Positions 30,364 through 41,262 are shown, counted from the first letter of the stretch. The stretch is DNA of 64,000 nucleotides from an uncultured candidatus Porisulfidus sp. (GCA_965116025.1 OZ220480.1:512001-576000); one strand, 5' to 3'. The notes: generated by a model not told the origin, from the letters alone. Numbers and translations: made by a program.

Positions 30364-33300
30364 TCAGAAACGAACCTTCAGAAGGACGCTCGCGCCATAA
30401 TCATGATTGTCGCCGCCTGACGCCGCGTAGTGAGCGTCCGCCGAGAGCGTCGATTCCCCCTGCGCGTCCAGCGTCATCACGCCCCCGACGCCAATCCGCG
30501 CCCACGTCGACTCCACCTCCGACTCCAGCCGCGTCCCCGATGCCATCACGGCGCGATCCTCCGAAAACTCATGCTCCACGTCCAATGAGGCGTACGTCGG
30601 ACCATTCTCCAACGACACCCCGACCCGCGCCTTGAGACTGTCCTCCGAGCTGAACTCCACCCGACCGCTTCCGGCCACGCCCGAAACGTCGTCGAAATCG
30701 TCGATGTCCACCGACGACCAGGTCACCCCCCCGCGCGGGATCACCGCCAAACCGTCCATCTCCATCCGCCTGCCGACTTCCACGCCGATCGCGTGGCCGT
30801 CTCCGTCCAAGCCAGACCTCACCATCCCTCGAGTCTCCGAGCTCAGGTCGATGTCCTCGAACCGCGTGTACGAGAACTCCCCATCCGCGTACCAGCCGTC
30901 CTCCGCCCGCCAGGTCGCCGACAAGCCGACGCCCATGCCCGACGCGTCGATCTTCCCGCCGCGCTTGACGTCCGCCTCGCCATCCCGATAGTGCGCGCTC
31001 ACCCCCAGCGTCACGCCCGGCGCGTCCGTGGAAATCACGAAGCCCGTCTCCACGCCCCAGCGCTCGAAGTCCCAAGACAGATCATGTCCGGCATCGTCCA
31101 TGGAAGTCGTGGACATATCCGCCTCGCGCTCGCCGTCGCTCGCCAAGACCCGAGCCCAAACGCCCCCGCCGTCCCGCGTCGCCGACAAGCGCGCCTGACG
31201 ACCACCCGGAGCGCTCATCTCCAGCAGCACCGACGGCAGCGCCTCGTACACCCGAGCCCGGGCGTGATACGCCTGGCCTGAGTCCATGAACTGGTGCCCG
31301 CCCTCAATCGTCTTCAGGGTAACCCTGGTGACATCGTACACGCCGCGCGTCTCGAGGCCCGGGCTGAGGGTGTACTCCCCGTCCACCTTCACCCCATCGA
31401 AGGTCGTCGTTCCGCTGTTGAGCATCTTCCCCTTGACATAGCCAATGCGCCCGACAGCGTCCTTCTTCATCGTGATGATCAGCCCCCCGTCCGACTTCAC
31501 CGCGGTTCCAGATGCAGCCTCGACCTTCGCCTTCGGCCCGATCACCAGCGTTCCGCCCTTCATCATCCGAACGCCAACATAGTCTCCGTCGCCGCCCATG
31601 ACCTTGCCGTTGATCGTGACCGTCTGGTCATATTGCCCTTTCCGGGCGTGGCTGGCGGCGAAGGTCCGCATGCCCTTGACGTACACCCCGTCCTTCTTGG
31701 CTCGGACCATCGCCATCTCCCCCACCGTGACCATGGTCTCCCCGGCCATGGGCGCTTCCATCTCCGTATAGGTGGTGGCGGTCTCGGCGTACACGCCATG
31801 CCCGTCCGCCATGATCGTCCCGCCCGACACGTCGATCGTGACCGGGATGATCATCTTGGCGGCCGCGTCACCCTCGTCGTCCACGTCCTTCACATAGGCG
31901 AGAATCCCGTCCCCCTTCGACGTGATGTCCGCCTTCGACGTGATCTCGATCTTCCCGATCTTGGCATCGTAAGTGGAGGAGTCGCTGGCGCTGAACGTCT
32001 TGCCTTCAACTGTCTTGGGCATCGAGCCTTGGTGCACGGCGAGAATGCCAGCGGTTCGGGTCTTCAGGACATCCGCCAAGAACGTGCCGATGATGTTGGG
32101 CTCATCTCCCGCGATGATCTCGCCCTTCAGATGCTCCACGATCACGTCGCCCCAACCGGAATGCTGAGCGCTGACGCCCGAGCTTTTCGCGTGGATGAGA
32201 CCCTCGTTCTTGACCATGATCTTCGTCTCCTCATCAGCGGTGTTTAAGACGTTTAAGCCCTGAAGGAACAAGCCATGCTGGCCGACCGGCGTCTTCATGG
32301 TCCCGATCATCGCGCCGGACTCGACGACCACGTGAATCGTCGCTCCATGGCTTTTGTTCTTAATGGACACGCCATCCCGACCCACGGTCGGCTCGTCCCC
32401 GTCCATGCCGATCCGCGCCCCCGACTTCAGCGTCACCTTGATATCCCGGTTGTTGTCACCGATGTCGCGTTGAGCGTCGGGCGTCGCGCTCCGGTCAATG
32501 TATATCCCGTCGCTCTTCGCCCCAGCGACCTTGCCCGCGAAGTCCACCTTGATCAGTCCGCCTTTGTGGGCAGTGGCAAGCGGACCGTAAAGAACGTTAA
32601 TTGCATTCCGCGCTCCAGCCTCGCCCTCCGCGTTCCAGCCCGCCGTGATGACGCCCCCCGTCACGTCGATCGTCACCGGAGCCACGCTGGTCCCGGCGCT
32701 TCCCCCCGACGTTACGACGGCGATGCCATGCTCATAAGCGGTGATGTCGCCACTCGAGGTGATCGTGATCTCGCTGCTGGCTTCCTCCGCGGTACCCACG
32801 CCAAAGAGGTCAGTAACGCCAACGACTATGCCGTGGTGGTTGAATAAGGTAGCAGGCTGCCCTTCGTCGTCTTCCGAATATTCGTTATCAGCGTTATCCA
32901 GCGTGGCATCTCCACTCTCGGGGAGCGTTTTCGCGTAGAGGGGCCGCTGCCTCTCATTGATGATCGTCCCGTGATTCGTGATGGTGACATCGCCCCCATT
33001 GACGAGAGCGACCGAAATGCCCTTGCTGGTCACGCTATCCTCCGCCGTCTCGACGGTAACGGTCCCAGACCCTTGATGCAACACTTTGATTCCCTCGTAA
33101 TACCCGTAGATCTCACCCCGATTCACGATTGAGACATCGCCCTGGGCAGTGGCTGATTTGGGATTCGTTGCGAACAATATAAGATTCTTTGTGAAAGAGC
33201 TACTGTATTCCGCCCGCACACCGGTGTGCCCCACCGGGACATCCTTGGTTCCGATCTTCGTATCGGCCCCAACCACGATCTCGATCTTGTCCTCTCTGTT

Positions 33301-33877
33301 GGTGTCGCCGACTTTTTCGTTCAGAACATAGATCCCGTAGTTTTGGCTACCCCGTTGATACTGCGGATCAATGAAGGTCGCGCTTACCTTCGTTCCATCG
33401 TTATCGAACGTGCCCTCGGTCGGCGAAGCCCAGCCACCCGCCTCGTTCACGATCCTCACTTTGCCTTCCAGCTTCACCACCAAAGCGGTATCACCGACCA
33501 CAGTGATACCGGAATACCGGGTGTCGTCGTCAGGGGGAAGGAACGACTTGATGGTCGTCATCTCCCCCGAAGGCTTCACGGTCAGCGTCAGCCCGCCCGT
33601 CTGATCCTTGTACTCGATCGGGTCGGGAGTCGCACTGGTACCGCCGTAGGCCGCGTCGCTACAAATGGCCGCGTTGGAGGCGGGCGGGCCGCACTCGTTC
33701 GCCGCTTGGGCGAAATGCGGTATCAGTGAAATCGAGAAAGCGGCCGTCAGCCCGGCCAGAACGGTCAGGAAGCGGGACATTGCCCCCCCCCCCCCCCCCC
33801 CCCCCTATGCGGGAAGACGACGAAGCGACGCCAAGCGCGGCGCGAGCGGCGTTGGAAATGATTGAAATCTTATTCAT
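30364..33877 (-). CDS. Autotransporter (type Va) adhesin-like protein 1, frameshifted at a poly-G tract in the signal region
   Basis: Beta-helix-like passenger, GGVWAR barrel start, terminal LLKVRF. Main ORF is 30364-33780. Upstream ATG 33877 (AGGA RBS, MNKISIIS...) is +1 out of frame across G23. Confidence 0.88.
33783..33805 (-). repeat. G23 homopolymer (simple sequence repeat)
   Basis: 23 consecutive C on the + strand. Confidence 0.9.
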
Positions 33878-33925
33878 TTTTGGTTCCTGTTTCAACGAAT
33901 ACGGATTTGGAAAACCGAGCGTGAA

Positions 33926-33960
33926 ATTATACAGCGAATCGATCTCGCCCTCCGAGATCG
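33926..33960 (-). promoter_or_regulatory. -10 box and operator-like palindrome upstream of autotransporter 1
   Basis: TATAAT on the minus strand (33926-33931); CGATCTCG-n5-CGAGATCG inverted repeat (33940-33960). Confidence 0.5.
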
Positions 33961-34031
33961 AAGTCCAACCGCTCACTCGCGCTCATCTTCGAGGGAGACC
34001 AACCCAAAATCGGCTCCCCGGCCTTTGGAAT

Positions 34032-35069
34032 CTACCCCTCTGACATCAGGCAATCCTTGAACTCCGCCGCCATCTCGCGGATCATGCCGAAGTAGGCGTC
34101 GGGCCCACTCTCAATAGTGGAGCCGAGAGGGTCGAGCAAGCCCGCCCGCGCCCCCGTGCCCTCAATGATCGTGTCGACTAGGCGCGACTCGAACTGAACC
34201 TCAGCGAACACGCAGGTCGCGCCAAGCCCGCGGATCTTCTCGCGCAGTTCCATGACGCGCCGAACGCTCGGCGACTGGTCCACGCTCACCACTACCGATC
34301 CAACGGCGGTCAGGCCGAACCGATCCTCGAAATGTCGATAGGCATCATGGAAGATGATGAAAGGCTTGGCGCGAATCGGCGCGGTTTGGCGGGCGATTTC
34401 TTGGATCAGGCCGTCCACGCGACCCTGAAACGCGGCGGCGTTGGCCACGTAGGTCTCGGCGTTGGCCGGATCGACCTCGGACAGGACCTCCGCGACCTCG
34501 CGCGCCATCGCTCCCGCGTTCACCGGATCAAGCCAGATATGCATATCGAAAGCGCCGTGCTCGCCTTCCTCGTGGTGATCGTGGTCGTCATCATCATGGC
34601 GCTCGTGCCCATGGCCATGATCGTGGTCGCCGTCGTCATGGCACTCGTGCCCATGGCCGTGATCATGGTCGTGAGCCTCGAACGCGCCCCCCTCGCGGAG
34701 CGATCGATGAACGATTCCGTCCGCTTCCGACAACGTTATGACGCGGGCGTCGCGCGCGAGCGCGCCAACCGCTTTAAAAAGAGTGTTCTCGATCGTGTCG
34801 TCAACCAAGAAGACGACGCGCGCGTTTTGGAGGAGCGCGGAGTCGGAAGGACGCAGATTGAAAGTGTGCGGCGACACGGTTCCTCGCATGAGCAGGCGAG
34901 GCTCGCCAACCCCATCCATGACGGCACTCACCAGCGAGTGCACCGGCTGAATGGAGGCCACCACGCTGGGCGCGCTCTCGTCCGCTGCCGGGGCCGAAGA
35001 CGCGAAGCAGAAGAGAACGGCGGCGAGCGCCGCGCGAAGCGGCGAGTTCAAGGGTTTGGATCGAGTCAT
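34032..35069 (-). CDS. znuA: Zinc ABC transporter substrate-binding protein
   Basis: VVASIQPVHSLV, SPH.F.LRPSD, His/Asp-rich loop, HIWLDP, FHDAY.HFE, LDPLG; Zur box upstream. Confidence 0.9.
   Translation of the reverse strand: MTRSKPLNSPLRAALAAVLFCFASSAPAADESAPSVVASIQPVHSLVSAVMDGVGEPRLLMRGTVSPHTFNLRPSDSALLQNARVVFLVDDTIENTLFKAVGALARDARVITLSEADGIVHRSLREGGAFEAHDHDHGHGHECHDDGDHDHGHGHERHDDDDHDHHEEGEHGAFDMHIWLDPVNAGAMAREVAEVLSEVDPANAETYVANAAAFQGRVDGLIQEIARQTAPIRAKPFIIFHDAYRHFEDRFGLTAVGSVVVSVDQSPSVRRVMELREKIRGLGATCVFAEVQFESRLVDTIIEGTGARAGLLDPLGSTIESGPDAYFGMIREMAAEFKDCLMSEG
34579..34662 (-). repeat. 2 x 42-bp tandem repeat encoding the ZnuA His-rich loop
   Basis: HGHGHECHDDGDHD / HGHGHERHDDDDHD. 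Confidence 0.75.
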
Positions 35070-35140
35070 GCGTTGTGTCTCCAGATTGATTGGGAAAATG
35101 TCCGCTCGGCCCGCGCGTCCCGTCCGCCCGGTCACCTGAC

Positions 35141-35164
35141 GAATTGTTATATTATAACATATTC
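35141..35164. promoter_or_regulatory. Zur box
   Basis: GAAT-TGTTATA-T-TATAACA-TATTC; perfect 7-1-7 palindrome matching the proteobacterial Zur consensus, upstream of znuA. Confidence 0.88.
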
Positions 35165-35277
35165 ATCGAGCGTGGCCCGCTCCTCAAATCGACGCGCGGG
35201 CGCGACCACTGACTCCACCCAGCGCGTCCAACTTCCGAGGTCGAGCGCGACGGCGGCTCCGATTCGCCCGCGCCCGG

Positions 35278-36225
35278 CTATCGGTCCACGACGGCGGGAT
35301 CGTCAGAGCATTCTTCCAGCTCGATCTGCACCGTGACGTGATTGATGCCAAAGCGCTCGTTCAGGCGAGCGCGAATGGCGGCGATGACCGGGTCCGGACG
35401 CGTCCCTTGAGCGACGCGCGCATGCAGGGTCAGCAACGAATACCCTTGCGACAGGGACCATGCGTGGACGTGATGCACGTCCTCGACTTCCGGGACGCGC
35501 GCGACCAGATCCGGCCCAATCTCCCGCACGTTCAGCCGTTCGGGCACGCCCTCGAGCAGCACGTGCGCCGATTCCTTCAGCAGGAACCATGCGGCGCGCG
35601 ACACCAGCGCGCAGACCAGAAGAGAGAGAATCGGGTCGATCGCCATCCAGCCGGTCGCCATGATGATCAGCGCGGCGCTGATCGCCGCGACCGAGCCGAG
35701 CATGTCGCTCGCCACGTGGAGCAGAGCGCCACGGACGTTCAGGTTGTCGCGGTTCGCCCCGTGAAGCAGGGCGAACGCGCCGATGTTGACGAGAAGGCCG
35801 AGCCCCGCCACCACGAGCATGGGACCGGCGAGCACCGCGGACGGATCGAGGATCCGCCCGATCGCCTCGGAGAGAATCCAGCCAACGAGAAACACCAAGC
35901 TGACTCCGTTGGCGAAGGCGGCGAGGACCGGAAAGCGATGGTAGCCATACGTCCGCATCCGGTCCTCCGGGCGGCGGCTCAGCCGGAAGGCGATCCAGGC
36001 GAACAGCAGGGCCACCGCGTCGACCAGCATGTGGGCGGCGTCCGCCAGCAACGCCAGCGAGCCCGAGACCACGCCGCCGATGACCTCGACGACCATGAAT
36101 CCGCTGATCAGGAGGAATGCCTGGAAGACGCGCCGCGCGTTCCGGTTCAGGTCATCGGGGACGGATTCGCGACGGCGCGCGTCGGGGTCGCGGGGCATCG
36201 TCGTCTCCTGCTCGCTCGTCCGCAT
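35278..36225 (-). CDS. Cation diffusion facilitator (CzcD/ZitB-like Zn/Cd/Co efflux)
   Basis: SLALLADAAHM..D, TYGY.R, NVRGALLHV..D, HHVHAW, HVTVQIE. Confidence 0.92.
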   Translation of the reverse strand: MRTSEQETTMPRDPDARRRESVPDDLNRNARRVFQAFLLISGFMVVEVIGGVVSGSLALLADAAHMLVDAVALLFAWIAFRLSRRPEDRMRTYGYHRFPVLAAFANGVSLVFLVGWILSEAIGRILDPSAVLAGPMLVVAGLGLLVNIGAFALLHGANRDNLNVRGALLHVASDMLGSVAAISAALIIMATGWMAIDPILSLLVCALVSRAAWFLLKESAHVLLEGVPERLNVREIGPDLVARVPEVEDVHHVHAWSLSQGYSLLTLHARVAQGTRPDPVIAAIRARLNERFGINHVTVQIELEECSDDPAVVDR

Positions 36226-36364
36226 GGACGCGGCCTCCCGCCGCGGGCGCGACGGACCTCGTCACGGGCGCGGCCGGCGGGTACACTATAATACGCTTTC
36301 GCCCCGCGCCGATTCATCGAGACCCGCCCGAAACACAAACGCGATGTTGGGAAAACCGCGCCGC

Positions 36365-37168
36365 ATGGCGCCCAGAGCGATCTTGCCGAACGTCCGCCAG
36401 CTCGCGGCGGCCGCGGTCCTGTCGTCACTCGCCGGAACGGTGCGGGCGGGCTGGGACGCCCTCAACATGCCCGTCGGCGTCACCGAGATCAGCCGCGCCG
36501 TCTACGACCTGCATATGCTGATTTTCTGGATTTGCGTGGTCATCGGCGCGCTCGTGTTCGGCGCCATGTTCTACTCCATCCTGATGCACCGGAAATCCCG
36601 CGGCGCCACCGCCGCGACGTTCCACGAGAGCACGACCGTGGAGGTGATCTGGACGGTGATCCCCTTCGTCATCCTGGTCGCCATGGCGGTCCCCGCCACC
36701 GCCACGCTCATCAAGATGGAGGACTCCGGCGAATCCGAGATGACGATCAAGATCACCGGCTACCAGTGGCTTTGGCGCTACGACTACCTGGACCATGGCT
36801 TCGGCTTCCACTCGTTCCTGTCCACCCCCCGCGAGGCGATTCGCGACCGCGCCGAGAAAGGAGAGAACTATCTGCTGGAGGTCGACCGGCCTTTGGTCCT
36901 TCCCACCGACACGAAGGTCCGCATGCTGATCACCGCCAGCGACGTGATCCACGCCTGGTGGGTGCCGGACCTCGCCCTCAAGCGGGACGCCATCCCGGGC
37001 TTCATCAACGAGCTATGGACCCAGATCGAGGAGCCGGGAATCTACCGGGGCCAATGCGCCGAGCTATGCGGGCGCGACCACGGCTTCATGCCGATCGAGG
37101 TCCACGCCATGCCGCCGGACGAGTACCGCGCTTGGGTCGAGCGCCAGACCGCCAGCGCGGCCGAATAA
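36365..37168 (+). CDS. coxB: Cytochrome c oxidase subunit II
   Basis: FHESTTVE, GYQW.W.Y, DVIHAWW, CAELCG..HGFM CuA site; start uncertain (36344 or 36365). Confidence 0.95.
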   Translation: MAPRAILPNVRQLAAAAVLSSLAGTVRAGWDALNMPVGVTEISRAVYDLHMLIFWICVVIGALVFGAMFYSILMHRKSRGATAATFHESTTVEVIWTVIPFVILVAMAVPATATLIKMEDSGESEMTIKITGYQWLWRYDYLDHGFGFHSFLSTPREAIRDRAEKGENYLLEVDRPLVLPTDTKVRMLITASDVIHAWWVPDLALKRDAIPGFINELWTQIEEPGIYRGQCAELCGRDHGFMPIEVHAMPPDEYRAWVERQTASAAE

Positions 37169-37183
37169 CCTAACGGAGCCAAC

Positions 37184-38761
37184 ATGAGCGAGACCGCCAT
37201 CCCCGCCCACGACGACCACGACCATCGACCCAGCGGCTTGTGGCGGTGGGTGACCACCACCAACCACAAGGACATCGGGACCTTGTACCTGTGGTTGGCC
37301 ATGATCATGTTCTTCGTCGGCGGAGCGATGGCGCTGGTCATCCGCACCGAGCTGTTCTCGCCCGGCCTGCAGTTCGTCGACCCACAGTTCTTCAACTCGA
37401 TGACCACGCTGCACGCGCTGGTGATGATCTTCGGCGTGGTGATGCCCGCCTTCACCGGGCTGGCCAACTGGCAGATTCCCCTGATGGTCGGCGCCACCGA
37501 CATGGCCTTGCCGCGCATGAACAACTGGAGTTTCTGGATCCTGCCGTTCGCGTTCGCCATGCTGCTGTCCACGCTCTTCCTGGATGGCGGCGGCCCGGCC
37601 GGCGGCTGGACCCTGTACCCCCCTCTCACCCTGCAGACCGGAGACGCCCTGCCTTTCGTGATCTTCTCGATCCACTTCATGGGCATGTCGTCCATCATGG
37701 GCGCGATCAACGTCATCGCCACCATCGTCAACATGCGCGCGCCGGGCATGCGCATGATGCAGATGCCCCTGTTCGTCTGGACCTGGCTGATCACCGCCTT
37801 CCTGCTGATCGCGGTGATGCCGGTGCTGGCCGGCGGCGTCACCATGCTGCTGACCGATAAATTCTTCGGCACCAGCTTCTTCAACGCGGCCGGCGGCGGC
37901 GACCCGGTGCTGTTCCAGCACATCTTCTGGTTCTTCGGCCACCCGGAGGTCTACATCCTGATCCTGCCCTCCTTCGGGGTCGTCTCCAGCATTCTTCCGA
38001 CCTTCTCGCGCAAGCCGCTGTTCGGCTACAGCTCGATGGTCTACGCCACCGCCTCGATCGCCTTCCTCTCGTTCGTCGTGTGGGCGCACCACATGTTCAC
38101 GGTGGGCATGCCGCTGGCGGGCGAGCTGTTCTTCATGTTCGCCACCATGCTGATCGCCGTGCCGACCGGCGTCAAGGTCTTCAACTGGGTCGCCACCATG
38201 TGGCGCGGCTCGATGACCTTCGAGACCCCGATGCTGTTCGCCATCGGCTTCATCGTCATGTTCACCATCGGCGGCTTCTCCGGGTTGATGCTGGCGATCG
38301 TGCCGGCCGACTTCCAGTATCACGATTCCTATTTCGTGGTCGCGCACTTCCACTACGTCCTGGTGCCCGGATCGATCTTCGCGATCATGGCGGCCGTCTA
38401 CTACTGGCTGCCGAAGTGGACCGGCAACCATTACCCCGAGCGCCTGGGCAAGTGGCACTTCTGGCTGTCCACCATCTTCGTCAACTTGACGTTCTTCCCG
38501 ATGCACTTCGTCGGGCTCGCCGGCATGCCGCGGCGCATCCCCGACTACGCCCTGCAGTTCGCCGACTACAACATGCTGGCCTCGATCGGGGCGTTCGGCT
38601 TCGGCTTCGCGCAGCTGCTGTTCCTGTATCTCGTGGTGGTGACCATCCGCGGCGGCGAGAAAGCCACGGACCGGGTCTGGGAAGGCGCCGAGGGGCTGGA
38701 GTGGACTCTTCCCTCGCCCCCGCCCTATCACAGCTTCACCACCCCGCCGGCGATCCGATGA
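37184..38761 (+). CDS. coxA: Cytochrome c oxidase subunit I (aa3, type A1)
   Basis: TTNHKDIGTLY, WFFGHPEVY, WAHHM, VAHFHY, GMPRR. Confidence 0.98.
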   Translation: MSETAIPAHDDHDHRPSGLWRWVTTTNHKDIGTLYLWLAMIMFFVGGAMALVIRTELFSPGLQFVDPQFFNSMTTLHALVMIFGVVMPAFTGLANWQIPLMVGATDMALPRMNNWSFWILPFAFAMLLSTLFLDGGGPAGGWTLYPPLTLQTGDALPFVIFSIHFMGMSSIMGAINVIATIVNMRAPGMRMMQMPLFVWTWLITAFLLIAVMPVLAGGVTMLLTDKFFGTSFFNAAGGGDPVLFQHIFWFFGHPEVYILILPSFGVVSSILPTFSRKPLFGYSSMVYATASIAFLSFVVWAHHMFTVGMPLAGELFFMFATMLIAVPTGVKVFNWVATMWRGSMTFETPMLFAIGFIVMFTIGGFSGLMLAIVPADFQYHDSYFVVAHFHYVLVPGSIFAIMAAVYYWLPKWTGNHYPERLGKWHFWLSTIFVNLTFFPMHFVGLAGMPRRIPDYALQFADYNMLASIGAFGFGFAQLLFLYLVVVTIRGGEKATDRVWEGAEGLEWTLPSPPPYHSFTTPPAIR

Positions 38762-38874
38762 CCCAACCCCGAACGCCCGCGCGCCGCGCCGCGATTCGCA
38801 CCGCTTGGATCATCGGAGCTGTCGCCATGGCGATCTACGTCGGCTTCTACATTCTGGTGGGGAACGCCGGATGA
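38758..38874 (+). CDS. Small single-TM protein in the cox operon
   Basis: 38 aa MTQPRTPARRAAIRTAWIIGAVAMAIYVGFYILVGNAG; ATGA overlaps at both ends. Confidence 0.7.
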   Translation: MTQPRTPARRAAIRTAWIIGAVAMAIYVGFYILVGNAG

Positions 38875-39422
38875 CCACCCATCCGCACCGCCGCACCGCC
38901 GCGCGCCTGGCGGCGTTCTGCGCCCTGATGCTGGGCTTCTCCTACGCGCTGGTGCCGCTGTACGACATCCTGTGCGACATCACCGGGTTGTCCGGGTCGA
39001 CCGACAACCTGACCCAAGCGGCCGTGGCCGCGACCGAGTCTCGCCTCGGCGCCGAACGGCAGATCACCCTGCAGTTCGTCGCCAACGTAGATCGCTCCAT
39101 GCCCTGGGACATCCGTCCCGATCAGTTCGAGATGAAGGTCCAAACTGGACGAACCTATCAGACCGTGTTCCACGCGCGCAACCGGACGGAGCGGCCCATG
39201 GTCGGGCAGGCCGTCCCCAGCGTCGCCCCGCAGAAGGCCGCGCCACACCTGATCAAGCAGGAATGCTTCTGCTTCACCAGCCAGCCGCTCGACGCCGGCG
39301 AGCGCGTCGAGATGCCACTGGTGTTCCGGGTAAGCGAGCGCTTGCCCGAGACCGTCGAGACCCTGACCCTGTCGTACACCTTCTTTGACGCGTCCCGTTC
39401 CTCCGGGGCCCGATCCGGGTGA
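38871..39422 (+). CDS. ctaG: Cytochrome c oxidase assembly protein CtaG/Cox11
   Basis: VPLYD.LC.ITG, GQAVPSV.P, CFCF copper motif, TLSYTFF. Confidence 0.93.
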   Translation: MTTHPHRRTAARLAAFCALMLGFSYALVPLYDILCDITGLSGSTDNLTQAAVAATESRLGAERQITLQFVANVDRSMPWDIRPDQFEMKVQTGRTYQTVFHARNRTERPMVGQAVPSVAPQKAAPHLIKQECFCFTSQPLDAGERVEMPLVFRVSERLPETVETLTLSYTFFDASRSSGARSG

Positions 39423-39427
39423 TCCCC

Positions 39428-40297
39428 ATGTCCGATTCCACGCTCTATTACATCCCCGAGCCGAGCTACTGGCCCATCGTCGGCTCCGTCGGCCTGGCCT
39501 CCGCCCTGGTCGGCGCCGCGATGATGATGCTGGGGTCGGCCCCCGGGCCTTGGTTGCTGGCCGCTGGCTCCCTGATCGTGCTGGTGATGCTGTTCGGCTG
39601 GTTCGGCACGGTCGTCGGCGAGAGCGAGAGCGGAACCTACAACGCGCAAGTTGACCTGTCGTTCCGCTGGGGAATGTTCTGGTTCATCTTCTCGGAAGTG
39701 ATGTTCTTCGCGGCCTTCTTCGGCGCTCTCTACTACGCCCGCCAGTACTCGCTGCCGTGGCTCGGGGGCGAAGGCCCCGGCATCCTGACCAATACCTACC
39801 TGTGGCAGGGCTACGAGGCGCTGTGGCCTTACACCGCGAACGGACCGGGCGAGATCGGGGGAGACTTCGCGCATATGCCGGCTTGGGGGCTTCCCGCGAT
39901 CAACACGCTGATCCTGCTCACCAGCGGCGGCACCGTCACCTGGGCGCACCACGCGCTGAAGGCCGGGCGCCGGGGACAACTGATCGCCGGGCTGACCCTG
40001 ACCGTGACGCTGGGCTTCCTCTTCGTCGCGCTGCAGGCCGGCGAGTACGCGCACGCCTTCGCGGACCTGAACCTGACCCTGGAGTCCGGGATCTACGGCT
40101 CGACCTTCTATATGCTCACCGGCTTCCACGGCCTGCACGTCACGATCGGGGCCCTGATCCTGACCGTCGTGCTGATCCGCTGCGTTCGCGGGCACTTCAC
40201 TTCGGACCGCCACTTCGCGTTCGAGGCGGCCGCTTGGTACTGGCACTTCGTCGACGTCGTCTGGCTCGGCCTGTTCGTCTTCGTCTACTGGCTGTGA
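39428..40297 (+). CDS. coxC: Cytochrome c oxidase subunit III
   Basis: FIFSEVMFF, LTGFHGLHV, AWYWHFVDVVW. Confidence 0.96.
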   Translation: MSDSTLYYIPEPSYWPIVGSVGLASALVGAAMMMLGSAPGPWLLAAGSLIVLVMLFGWFGTVVGESESGTYNAQVDLSFRWGMFWFIFSEVMFFAAFFGALYYARQYSLPWLGGEGPGILTNTYLWQGYEALWPYTANGPGEIGGDFAHMPAWGLPAINTLILLTSGGTVTWAHHALKAGRRGQLIAGLTLTVTLGFLFVALQAGEYAHAFADLNLTLESGIYGSTFYMLTGFHGLHVTIGALILTVVLIRCVRGHFTSDRHFAFEAAAWYWHFVDVVWLGLFVFVYWL

Positions 40298-40308
40298 CCG
40301 CGCCCGGG

Positions 40309-40518
40309 TCACGGCCCGGGGCGCAACCCATGCGGCTCGATCCATCCCATCCAGCCCGCCAGCAACAGTAGAAGAAAAAGGCTGATCGAAAGGCCCACCC
40401 GCCAGGTTAGCGCACGCGCGACGCGATTCGTCGAGCCTTGGTCCCGCACCAGAAACGTCAGCGCCGAGAACAGGCTCGCCAGAATTGCCAGCAATAGAAT
40501 GACGACCAGAGATTTCAT
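40309..40518 (-). CDS. Twin transmembrane helix small protein (DUF2909-like)
   Basis: ASLFSAL..LVRD, ALT.RVGLS, G.I.PH; canonical antisense position between coxC and SURF1. Confidence 0.85.
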   Translation of the reverse strand: MKSLVVILLLAILASLFSALTFLVRDQGSTNRVARALTWRVGLSISLFLLLLLAGWMGWIEPHGLRPGP

Positions 40519-40530
40519 CTTCGGCTCCGC

Positions 40531-41262
40531 ATGATGTCGACGCGCCCGCCTCGCCCAACGTTTTTGCTCGGCTTCGCGAGCGTCGCGCTGGCGGCCACGT
40601 TCCTCTCGCTCGGATTCTGGCAACTGGAACGCGCCGACCACCGTCGCGCGCAGGACGAGCTGAAGCGGGAGCGGGAGCGGCTGAGCCCCGTTTATATCAC
40701 ATCCTTCCCGGAAGACTCGCTCGGGGAGCTAGCCGGACGCCGGGTCCGCTTGCGCGGCCAGTACCTGCCCGATCAGTTCCTGCTCGACAACCAGGTCCAG
40801 GACCGGCGCCCGGGCTACCACGTGCTAAGCCCTTTCGCGCTCTCGACCTACGCGCAGGTGGTGCTGGTCAACCGGGGCTGGGTGCCCGCCCAGGCCGACC
40901 GCTCCCTCCTGCCCTCCGTTCCGGCCCCCTCCGGGACCAAGATCCAGATCGAGGGAATCGTCCATCTCCCTCAGGCGAACCCGCTCACCGACCCGGACCT
41001 CCTAATGGAGGGCCGTGGCTGGCCGCAAGTGATTCAGGACATCGACTACGCCCGCCTCGCCGAGCGGCTGTCCGAGCTCTCGCTCGTTCCCGCCACGATC
41101 CGGCTCGGCGCGGACCAGCCGGACGGCTACGCGCGCGCCTGGCCGGGCCCTCCGATGAGCGCGGAAAAACACTCCGCGTACGCCGTCCAATGGTTCGCCA
41201 TGGCCGCGGCGGTGACGATCCTGTTCCTGCTCTATCTCAAGCGACCGGCTCGGGAGAACTGA
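40531..41262 (+). CDS. SURF1 family protein
   Basis: LGFWQL.RA, LLDN, VLVNRGWV, H..YAVQWF. Confidence 0.92.
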   Translation: MMSTRPPRPTFLLGFASVALAATFLSLGFWQLERADHRRAQDELKRERERLSPVYITSFPEDSLGELAGRRVRLRGQYLPDQFLLDNQVQDRRPGYHVLSPFALSTYAQVVLVNRGWVPAQADRSLLPSVPAPSGTKIQIEGIVHLPQANPLTDPDLLMEGRGWPQVIQDIDYARLAERLSELSLVPATIRLGADQPDGYARAWPGPPMSAEKHSAYAVQWFAMAAAVTILFLLYLKRPAREN

